Shown: positions 1 through 6,633 of the stretch, piece by piece
Position numbering within the stretch: the first letter of the stretch is position 1
How the letters are laid out: each line of letters opens with the position of its first letter
NCBI GenBank assembly: GCA_046735395.1
Contig: JBJKQR010000065.1
Location: 1-12,207 of the forward strand
Reading direction: 5' to 3'
DNA length: 12,207 bases
DNA from: Fidelibacterota bacterium
Lineage (GTDB): Bacteria; Fidelibacterota; Fidelibacteria; Fidelibacterales; DSDE01
Program-made: the position numbers and the translations under genes
The notes under the pieces: model-generated
What the model was told of the DNA's origin: nothing
Databases searched by the model: none
Seen by the model: the letters and a program-made list of their open reading frames with translations, nothing else

Positions 1-2
1 GG

Positions 3-1079
3 GAGAAAAAAGAATTTTCCCTTCGGGGATTCAGTTTCGGATCCGGAATCAAAGCAGATGAAATTGCTGTTTTCACCGATCAGCTGTCCACCATGCTCAA
101 TGCCGGAGTTCCTCTGCTTGCATCTCTGGAGGCTATCCACGAACAGATGACCAATCCGGTCTTCAAGAAACTCATCAACCAGGTTATCCGGGATGTGAAC
201 AGCGGCCAGTCCCTGTCCCAGGCACTGCAGAAACATCCGAATTATTTTGAACCCCTGTATACGAATATGATAGCTTCCGGCGAAAAGGCCGGGACAGTGG
301 ATATCGTGCTCAAGCGCCTGGAAAGCTTTATTGAAAAGGATATAACCACAAAAAGATCTGTGAAGGCTGCCATGCGTTATCCCATCATGGTCTTTTCGGC
401 CATGATTGTTGCCTTCATTGTGGTGATCATTTTCGTGATCCCCCAGTTCGCCACGCTGTTCAAACAGCAGAATGTACCGCTGCCGGCACCGACCCGTCTG
501 CTTATCGGTATTTCCACATTCTTTTCCAATTACTGGTATGTGGCCCTGTCCACTGTGCTTTCTATCATTTACGGTTTCAAATATTTCATCCGCAGGCCGA
601 AAGGGAAAATCCTCTGGGACCGGTTCAAGCTGCGGGCGCCTATTTTCGGCAAACTTGCATCCAAATCCGCACTGTCCCGTTTTTCCCATACACTTCGTAC
701 CCTCAGTCAGTCCGGTATCCAGATTATTGATGCGCTCAGCTCCGTCGCGGAAACGGTCGGCAATGAGGCGCTGAGGCTGGATATTCTGAAAGCCCGGGAA
801 GATGTGATGGCCGGAAATACTATCGCATCATCTTTAAAAAAATCCCGGCATTTCCCGCCGCTGACCGTGCGGATGATCGATATCGGCGAACAGGCCGGGG
901 CCATCGATGAAATGCTGGAGAACGTGGCCAAGCAGTACGACCGGGATGTGGAATATGAAGTGAAGCGCCTGGCCGGAATGATCGAACCCATCATGACGGT
1001 GATCATGGGGCTTTTTGTGGTCGTGCTGGCCCTGGGTGTCTTTCTGCCCATGTGGAATATGTATTCCGCAGTGCAGTAG
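3..1079 (+). CDS. pilC: Type II secretion system F family / type IV pilus inner-membrane platform protein PilC (5'-truncated by window edge)
   Basis: The frame is open from base 3 (EKKEFSLRGFSFGSGIKADEIAVFTDQLSTMLNAGVPLLASL...), so the ATG at 93 is internal. It has two GspF domains (FTDQLSTMLNAGVPL..SL / GQSLSQAL..HP.YF...Y.NMI.SGEK.G, and FS.TL.TL..SG..I..AL / MI.IGE.AG..DEML) plus the typical TM segments (MRYP..V..; IEP.M.V.MG..V...ALGVFLPM). It ends TAG TAA. PilC and GspF cannot be distinguished without upstream context. Confidence 0.93.
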   Translation, partial: EKKEFSLRGFSFGSGIKADEIAVFTDQLSTMLNAGVPLLASLEAIHEQMTNPVFKKLINQVIRDVNSGQSLSQALQKHPNYFEPLYTNMIASGEKAGTVDIVLKRLESFIEKDITTKRSVKAAMRYPIMVFSAMIVAFIVVIIFVIPQFATLFKQQNVPLPAPTRLLIGISTFFSNYWYVALSTVLSIIYGFKYFIRRPKGKILWDRFKLRAPIFGKLASKSALSRFSHTLRTLSQSGIQIIDALSSVAETVGNEALRLDILKAREDVMAGNTIASSLKKSRHFPPLTVRMIDIGEQAGAIDEMLENVAKQYDRDVEYEVKRLAGMIEPIMTVIMGLFVVVLALGVFLPMWNMYSAVQ

Positions 1080-1080
1080 T

Positions 1081-1121
1081 AAAAAGAGAATTATTTCGCA
1101 ATTCCCTGCAATAATTTTTTT
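1081..1121 (+). terminator. Weak AT-rich hairpin followed by a T-tract; possible intrinsic terminator of pilC
   Basis: AATTATT (1089-1095) pairs with AATAATT (1110-1116), and the inner GCA (1098-1100) pairs with TGC (1107-1109). It is preceded by an A-run (1081-1085) and followed by a T-run to 1121. The stem is bulged and AT-rich. Confidence 0.35.
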
Positions 1122-1186
1122 CCGCCACCGACCTGCTCTCAGAGCTGATTTGAAATACGGGTATGATCACATTCATGACATTGTGG

Positions 1187-1216
1187 TTGAAATTGTGGTT
1201 CCTTGAGAGCTATATT
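1187..1216 (+). promoter_or_regulatory. Putative sigma70-type promoter for the parA-atpC run
   Basis: -35 TTGAAA (1187-1192), 18-nt spacer, -10 TATATT (1211-1216). Each hexamer matches consensus 5/6, and it lies about 25 nt upstream of the likely parA ATG (1242). Confidence 0.55.
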
Positions 1217-1241
1217 CCCGCACTTGAAAAGAATGGAGACT

Positions 1242-2006
1242 ATGGGAAAGACAGTCGTTATCGCAAATCAAAAGGGTGGAGTCGGGAAAACGACCACATC
1301 CATTAATCTGGCGGCATCGGTTGCGGCCATGGAATACAGTGTTCTGGTAGTCGACATTGACCCTCAGTCCAATGCCAGTTCGGGTCTGGGAATTGATGTG
1401 AATGAAGTGGAAACCAGCATCTACGAAGTACTTCTGGGCGATGGGGATATTGAAAAGGCTATCGTTAAGACATCCCTGAATTATCTGGACGTGCTGCCGG
1501 CTGCACCGCGGCTGGTGGGTGCTGAAATCGAAATGGTCAACATGATCGCCCGGGAGCATAAGCTCAAACAGGAGCTGGATAAGATCCGGGATAAATATCA
1601 ATATATTTTCATTGATTGTCCGCCTTCACTGAATATGCTCACCGTGAACAGTTTTACGGCTGCCGATTCGGTCCTCATTCCCATTCAATGTGAATATTTT
1701 GCACTGGAGGGGCTTACTCAGCTGCTCAATACCATTCATCTGGTACAGAAAAGCCTGAATAAGAAACTGGATATTGAAGGTGTCCTGCTCACCATGTATG
1801 ATGCCCGCCTGAATCTGAGTAAAATGGTCAAGGATGAGGTTGATAAATATTTCGGTGATAAAGTTTACAAGAGCGTCATCAACCGGAATGTCCGACTGGG
1901 AGAGGCTCCCAGCTACGGCGAACCTATCATTTCCTTTGATATACAGAGTATCGGAGCCCAGAATTATATGACTCTGGCTGAGGAGTTCCTGCGCAATGAA
2001 TCGTAA
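1242..2006 (+). CDS. parA: Chromosome partitioning ATPase ParA/Soj
   Basis: Deviant Walker A KGGVGKTT in MGKTVVIANQKGGVGKTTT, plus VDIDPQSNA, IDCPPSL, IPIQCEYFALEGL, LLTMYD.R and INRNVRLGEAPSYG. Start placed at ATG 1242 (typical Soj N-terminus, GGAG at 1235-1238) rather than the TTG at 1203, which falls inside the putative promoter. ATG 1233 is an alternative. Confidence 0.97.
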   Translation: MGKTVVIANQKGGVGKTTTSINLAASVAAMEYSVLVVDIDPQSNASSGLGIDVNEVETSIYEVLLGDGDIEKAIVKTSLNYLDVLPAAPRLVGAEIEMVNMIAREHKLKQELDKIRDKYQYIFIDCPPSLNMLTVNSFTAADSVLIPIQCEYFALEGLTQLLNTIHLVQKSLNKKLDIEGVLLTMYDARLNLSKMVKDEVDKYFGDKVYKSVINRNVRLGEAPSYGEPIISFDIQSIGAQNYMTLAEEFLRNES

Positions 2007-2901
2007 AAAGGCACTCGGGCGGGGAATTGCTGCCATGATCCCCACAGGCGGCAGCAATGACGAAGACCGGAAAACGCTGAATGAAATTCCCCTGACGCAG
2101 ATTCAGGTTAATCCGAATCAGCCGCGGAAGGAATTTGACGAAGAGGGCATGATGGAGCTGGTATCGTCCATCAGCGAACATGGTATCATCCAGCCGGTGA
2201 CGGTAAGGCAGATCGATGAGGATAAGTACGAGCTCATTGCCGGAGAACGCCGGTACCGTGCCTGCCGCTATCTGAATTTTGAAACGATTCCTGCCTATGT
2301 CCGCGAGATTTCCGATGACCTGGAAGTCATGGAAATGGCCCTGATTGAAAATATTCAGCGCGAAAATCTGAATCCCATTGAAGAGGCGGAAGCCTACAGC
2401 GCCCTGATTGAGCTGCACGGCATGTCTCAGGAAAATGTGGCTCAGCGTGTGGGAAAGAAACGGTCCACCATTACCAACAGCCTGCGCCTGCTGCGCCTTC
2501 CCCAGGAAATCCGCGCCTCGCTGATGGCGTCCAATGATAATTTTACCGCCGGCCATGCCCGCGCCATTCTCGCACTCGAAAATGAGAAACGGATGATCAA
2601 TCTGTGGAATCGAATCCGGGATGAACGCTTATCCGTCCGCAAGGCGGAGGAACTGGTCAGCCGGCTGATGCAGGCCAAGGATTCCGCTCCGGCAGAGACG
2701 GCAGAAGCTGTGTCCACCCGCGGGAAAAAGACCAAATCACCCTATCTGAGATCTGTGGAAGATAAACTTCAGTCCGTCATGGGAACGAAAGTCCAGGTTA
2801 AGACACGGACCAGGGAGGGTGGACAGATCGAAATCGAGTTTTATTCCCGGGAAGATCTGGAACGGATTCTGGAAATTTTTGAAAGTATTCCGGGCGAATG
2901 A
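1996..2901 (+). CDS. parB: Chromosome partitioning CTPase ParB/Spo0J
   Basis: N-terminal ParA-stimulating peptide (KALGRGIAAMIP), NPNQPRKEF, GIIQPV.VR, arginine patch GERRYRA, ALIENIQRENLNPIEEA, HTH (SQENVAQRVGKKRSTITNSLRLL), GHARA, and C-terminal dimerisation domain (G.IEIEFYS.EDLERILE). Arg in GKKR and Gly in AGH are parS-type rather than Noc-type residues. Overlaps parA by 11 nt. Confidence 0.97.
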   Translation: MNRKKALGRGIAAMIPTGGSNDEDRKTLNEIPLTQIQVNPNQPRKEFDEEGMMELVSSISEHGIIQPVTVRQIDEDKYELIAGERRYRACRYLNFETIPAYVREISDDLEVMEMALIENIQRENLNPIEEAEAYSALIELHGMSQENVAQRVGKKRSTITNSLRLLRLPQEIRASLMASNDNFTAGHARAILALENEKRMINLWNRIRDERLSVRKAEELVSRLMQAKDSAPAETAEAVSTRGKKTKSPYLRSVEDKLQSVMGTKVQVKTRTREGGQIEIEFYSREDLERILEIFESIPGE

Positions 2902-3689
2902 TTCACAAGAAAAAAATCACGCTGGTTGTCATCGGTGCCGATCCGTCGCATCAGAAGTCCATGGAGTTTTCCAGGAAATCTGTGTACGCACTGGTGACGC
3001 TGCTTATTCTCGCGTTGATTGCTATTCTCACGTCCTATATATATCTGGTCCCGAAAGCTGTAGAGTACAACACCCTGACGACGGAAATATCCCGGCTGGC
3101 CGGAAACAGCACTCAGCTGGTGGAAGTCCTGGAGGATTTTCGCAAGATGCAGAATTTCAACCGCTATGTCCGCAACATGCTGGGAATACGTCAGGTGACG
3201 CTCAATGACAGCGAAGCCATGTATTTCAACGAGGCGGATTCCCTGAGTCTCGCCGAGACGGAGCCAGCATCCGGATCCCAGATCGTAGTGCTGGAAAATA
3301 TTCCCAACACCATGCCTGTCAATGGTGTCATTACGCAGGATTTCGATGTATCGCATCCGCTGAGTGAGGACAATCATTACGGCATTGATGTGGCAGCCCG
3401 TGAGCGAAGCGCAGTGAATGCCGCTGCATCGGGGCTGGTCGTCTACAGCGGTTGGGATGACGTGTATGGAAATATTGTCATCCTGGCCCACGGAGAAAAA
3501 TACATTACCGTTTACGCGCACAATTCCGTCAATCTGGTGAAGACCCGGGACCGGGTCCGGAGAGGACAGCGGATTGCGCTGCTGGGGAGCACGGGCAGAA
3601 GTACCGGCCCTCATCTGCATTTTGAAGTTTGGAATGACGGGATCCCTGAAAATCCCGTGGATTATATCAGCGAATATAAACTCGAATAG
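2898..3689 (+). CDS. Membrane-anchored M23 family metallo-endopeptidase (Csd1/LmdC-like architecture)
   Basis: Short basic cytoplasmic N-terminus, one TM helix (VYALVTLLILALIAILTSYIYLV), a helical linker, and a C-terminal LytM domain with intact Zn ligands HYGID (HxxxD), YAHN and GPHLHFE (HxH). ATGA overlap with the parB stop. Confidence 0.93.
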   Translation: MIHKKKITLVVIGADPSHQKSMEFSRKSVYALVTLLILALIAILTSYIYLVPKAVEYNTLTTEISRLAGNSTQLVEVLEDFRKMQNFNRYVRNMLGIRQVTLNDSEAMYFNEADSLSLAETEPASGSQIVVLENIPNTMPVNGVITQDFDVSHPLSEDNHYGIDVAARERSAVNAAASGLVVYSGWDDVYGNIVILAHGEKYITVYAHNSVNLVKTRDRVRRGQRIALLGSTGRSTGPHLHFEVWNDGIPENPVDYISEYKLE

Positions 3690-3707
3690 CAGCGGGGAAA
3701 GCTGCTG
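3687..3707 (+). other. GC-rich intergenic hairpin without U-tract, directly after the M23 stop
   Basis: TAGCAGC (3687-3693) - GGGGAAA loop - GCTGCTG (3701-3707): 6 Watson-Crick pairs plus a U-G pair. No T-run follows. Confidence 0.4.
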
Positions 3708-3736
3708 GCCGGGACAAAATCGGACAGGCGGAAAAC

Positions 3737-4102
3737 ATGAAGGAAAAACCCAGTTACACCATCATCGGCGACAATACCGAAGTTCACGGATCCATCAGAG
3801 TGAAGGGCTCACTCATGATAGCCGGATACGTCAGCGGGGATATTGAGGCCGACGAGGTGGTCCGCATCGCTCTCGGGGCAAGAGTGGACGGGCGCGTGAT
3901 GGCCTCCGAAGTGGTACTGAATGGGTCTGTGGGCAAAGGCATACAGGCTGTCGGAAAAGTGATACTCGGAGAACAGAGCGAACTGAGGGGTGATCTCATC
4001 GCTACACGTTTAGTTGTGGAAGAAGGTGCGGTATTTTCAGGAACCGGCACCATTGTGAGGGAAGAGGAGAGGGGCAGTCTTGGAGAGGAAAACCGGAGCT
4101 GA
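3737..4102 (+). CDS. Bactofilin (polymer-forming cytoskeletal protein, CcmA/BacA family)
   Basis: Beta-helical bactofilin signature: TIIGDNTEVHGSI...GSLMIAG.V.GDI....VRIA.GA.V.G.V.A.EVV.NG.V...I.A.GKVIL...SEL.GDL.A.RLVVEEGAVFSG. Lies directly downstream of the M23 gene. Confidence 0.95.
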   Translation: MKEKPSYTIIGDNTEVHGSIRVKGSLMIAGYVSGDIEADEVVRIALGARVDGRVMASEVVLNGSVGKGIQAVGKVILGEQSELRGDLIATRLVVEEGAVFSGTGTIVREEERGSLGEENRS

Positions 4103-4289
4103 CTGGCAACGATTCAGCAGTTTAGGGATAAATCTTGTTCTCATGGTGGGGCTCTGCGCCTATCTGGGATTCAGACTCGATTCGCATTTTGATACCCGTC
4201 CCTGGATAACCCTGGGGCTCACACTCTTCGGCGTTTTCGCCGCGATGATACACCTGATACGCACTGTTCAGAATCTCGACAGAAAGTAA
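4080..4289 (+). CDS. atpZ: AtpZ/AtpI-family two-TM ATP synthase accessory protein (ATPase gene 1)
   Basis: Motif LG..LV..V...AYLG..LD..F.T.PW..L...LFGV.AA...L.R. TTG start preceded by purine-rich GAGGAGAGGGG. Overlaps the bactofilin gene by 23 nt and sits at the head of the atp genes. Confidence 0.85.
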   Translation: MERKTGADWQRFSSLGINLVLMVGLCAYLGFRLDSHFDTRPWITLGLTLFGVFAAMIHLIRTVQNLDRK

Positions 4290-4333
4290 GCGTTTATCTG
4301 TGACTGACCTGTAAAGGGGAAAGGGAGAATAAG

Positions 4334-4726
4334 CTGAGCAGCCTGAAGACATACATCATCCTGGGATCTGTTACACTGGCAGGCCTCCTGCCGGCTCTGT
4401 TCATTTCGGACGGTATCTATCTGAAGGAAGCGCTGATCGCCGGGGCACTGAGCCTGGCCAATGCTGCCACCGCCTTTTATCTGGCCCGATCCTCCACCGG
4501 GAAGGATTATACAAGTTTTGTCAAATCAGTTTTCGGCGGTATGGCCATCCGGATTATCGCTCTGGCGCTGATCACTGTAGGACTGATTAAAATGGGATTT
4601 GTGGCGACAATCCCGTTTTTTTTGTTCCTCATTTTTTACTATATTATCCACCAGATTATTGAAATTGGGAGTCTGAATAAAGCGATGCCAAAGATTGAAA
4701 AAAAGAATGAGGGTGAAAGGCCATGA
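4334..4726 (+). CDS. atpI: ATP synthase subunit I-like four-TM protein (about 130 aa), probable CTG start
   Basis: The frame of the tracked 4541..4726 ORF stays open back to a TGA at 4301, with no ATG/GTG/TTG before 4541. The upstream part encodes two more hydrophobic segments (TYIILGSVTLAGLLPALFIS; ALIAGALSLANAATAFYLA), then F...VFGGMAIR..AL, typical of the gene between atpZ and atpB. The CTG at 4334 lies 6 nt after AAGGGAG (4321-4327). Confidence 0.75.
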   Translation: MSSLKTYIILGSVTLAGLLPALFISDGIYLKEALIAGALSLANAATAFYLARSSTGKDYTSFVKSVFGGMAIRIIALALITVGLIKMGFVATIPFFLFLIFYYIIHQIIEIGSLNKAMPKIEKKNEGERP

Positions 4727-5844
4727 CGCTGAAAAGAACTGTATTGGCGATAGCATGCCTGTCCATCCTGATGCTGAATGCCCGGACGATTCGTGCGGAG
4801 GAAACGACACATTCCGAATCGGAGGTTGAGGCCTCTGCAGCTGCGGAACATCACGATGCTAAAACTGCAGAAGGAGAAAAGGTTGATTTCCCGGTGATGC
4901 GGGAGCATCTCATCGGCAGAAACCGCTTTGAGATTCCGAATCCTTTTCATATCACCCATCCCATTGAATTGTATGTTCCTGTCTGGATCGTTCCCCAGCC
5001 GGATCAACTGACACTGACGGACGGCAGTCATCACGAAGGAATTATTCTCAGTGAAGATGTTGAAAACGTGGTCATGGATGAAATTCTGGAGGAAGAGGGC
5101 CATCGCTTTATCGAAAAGCAGACTTACCCCAGATCTGAAGTATCCGATCTACAGAACGTTGCGAATATTGATCTGTCGCTCTATAAACAGGTCATTATGA
5201 TGTGGGCTGTGGCTCTGGTGCTGTTCTTTTCGCTGCGTACGGCCGGCCGCCGCAGTCATTTCGTTCCCAAGGGACGGAAACAGAATCTCATTGAAATATT
5301 CGTTCTTTTCTTTCGGGATGACGTTATTTACGGCAATATGGGTAAAAAACAGGGGAGACGCTTTGCGCCCCTTATTCTGAGTCTCTTCTTTTTCATCCTT
5401 CTGGCAAATCTTTTCGGCCTCATTCCCGGAACGACCACTGCAACCGGATCCGTATCCGTCACCGCCGCTCTGGCGCTGGTGACCTTTACGGCAACACAGG
5501 TATTCGGAAACAAGAATTACTGGCGCCATATCTTTGCCACCCCGGGCATTCCGCTCTGGCTTCTGCCCATCATGATCCCGGTTGAAATGCTGGGCCTGTT
5601 CACCAAGCCCTTTGCTCTCACCATCCGACTCTTTGCCAACATGACCGCCGGCCACATTATCATTCTGGCCTTTCTGGGAATGATCATCAACTTTCACACC
5701 GGATGGATCGCACTGGGCGCTGTTCCGCTGTCTGCCGCCATTTTCATGCTGGAAATCTTCGTGGCCTTTCTGCAGGCCTATATTTTTGCCCTTCTGTCCG
5801 CCATCTTTATCGGGGCGGCCGTTGAAGAGCATGAACATCATTAA
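4723..5844 (+). CDS. atpB: F0F1 ATP synthase subunit a with signal peptide and long N-terminal extension
   Basis: VPKG..QN..E, FFFIL..NL.GL.P, P.E......KPFAL.IRLFANM.AGH (essential Arg), LE.FVAFLQAYIF.LL. The N-terminus is signal-peptide-like (MTLKRTVLAIACLSILMLNARTIRA|EE) and the C-terminus is His-rich (EEHEHH). ATGA overlap with atpI. Confidence 0.97.
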   Translation: MTLKRTVLAIACLSILMLNARTIRAEETTHSESEVEASAAAEHHDAKTAEGEKVDFPVMREHLIGRNRFEIPNPFHITHPIELYVPVWIVPQPDQLTLTDGSHHEGIILSEDVENVVMDEILEEEGHRFIEKQTYPRSEVSDLQNVANIDLSLYKQVIMMWAVALVLFFSLRTAGRRSHFVPKGRKQNLIEIFVLFFRDDVIYGNMGKKQGRRFAPLILSLFFFILLANLFGLIPGTTTATGSVSVTAALALVTFTATQVFGNKNYWRHIFATPGIPLWLLPIMIPVEMLGLFTKPFALTIRLFANMTAGHIIILAFLGMIINFHTGWIALGAVPLSAAIFMLEIFVAFLQAYIFALLSAIFIGAAVEEHEHH

Positions 5845-5895
5845 AAAACACTTAAATGAAAAAAAATAACACATCAAATTAATCGGAGGAATTTC

Positions 5896-6123
5896 ATGGA
5901 AGCAAGTGCATTAGCTTATTTATCAGCCGGAATCGGCGCAGGCCTGGTCACCATCGGAGCCGGATACGGAATCGGCCGTATTACCGCCTCTGCTGTGGAA
6001 GCAACCGGACGTCAGCCTGAAGCAGCCGGAGATATCCGGACAACGGCCATCATTCTGTCCGCCCTTATCGAAGGTGTCGCTCTCTTTTCGGCCGTGATTG
6101 CCTTTCTGCTGGCTGTTAAATAA
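5896..6123 (+). CDS. atpE: F0F1 ATP synthase subunit c
   Basis: GxGxG stretch (IGAGYGIG), RQPE loop, carboxylate E59 in ALIEGVALF. Strong RBS GGAGGA at 5885-5890. Confidence 0.98.
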   Translation: MEASALAYLSAGIGAGLVTIGAGYGIGRITASAVEATGRQPEAAGDIRTTAIILSALIEGVALFSAVIAFLLAVK

Positions 6124-6138
6124 AAAAGGAATACCATT

Positions 6139-6633
6139 ATGTTAGAAGTCCACGGCGGTCTGCTGGTTTGGACATGGATTACATTTCTGCTGGTTTTATT
6201 CGTTCTGGCGAAAGTGGTCTGGAAACCTCTTCTGTCCATGCTGGACGAGAGGGAAGAGAAAATTTCCCAGGCTCTGGTTGATGCGGAGCGGGCGGCAGAA
6301 AATGCCCGGCTTGCAGGTGAAAAGTACGAGGAAGTTCTCGAACAGGCCCGCAGGGAAGCCCAGTCCATTATCAGCGCCAGCAAGGAAAAGGCTGAGAAGG
6401 TCAGCAGCGATATTCTGAGCGAAGCTCGCGTAAAGGCTCAGGGCCTGGTGAGTGACGCAGAAAAGAAAATCGAAACGGAGAAGGATAAAGCCATTATGGA
6501 AATCCGCTCCCAGGTGGCAGATCTGAGCCTTGACATCGCACAGAAACTGATACAGCGCAATCTGGATGATGACTCGAACCGCAGCCTGATCGAGGAATCC
6601 CTGAAGGCCATCGGATCCCGACATGAAGCCTGA
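6139..6633 (+). CDS. atpF: F0F1 ATP synthase subunit b
   Basis: N-terminal TM (GLLVWTWITFLLVLFVL...WKPL...LDERE..I) followed by a long charged coiled coil. RBS AAAGGA. Confidence 0.96.
   Translation: MLEVHGGLLVWTWITFLLVLFVLAKVVWKPLLSMLDEREEKISQALVDAERAAENARLAGEKYEEVLEQARREAQSIISASKEKAEKVSSDILSEARVKAQGLVSDAEKKIETEKDKAIMEIRSQVADLSLDIAQKLIQRNLDDDSNRSLIEESLKAIGSRHEA

Noticed and set aside
1203..1241. N-terminal extension of ParA from TTG 1203
   Set aside because: No SD, it overlaps the putative promoter, and Soj homology begins at MGKTVVIANQKGG (1242).
1242..2901. parAB as a sign of a plasmid, prophage or ICE
   Set aside because: The proteins are typical chromosomal Soj/Spo0J, embedded among housekeeping genes, with no rep, integrase or transposase in the window.
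1996..2901. ParB as nucleoid occlusion protein Noc
   Set aside because: It has the LGRG ParA-activating peptide and parS-type Arg/Gly specificity residues, lacks Noc's N-terminal amphipathic helix, and is paired with parA.
4644..4652. DnaA-box-like TTATCCACC
   Set aside because: A single 1-mismatch copy within the atpI coding sequence, with no cluster or unwinding element, so no evidence for oriC.
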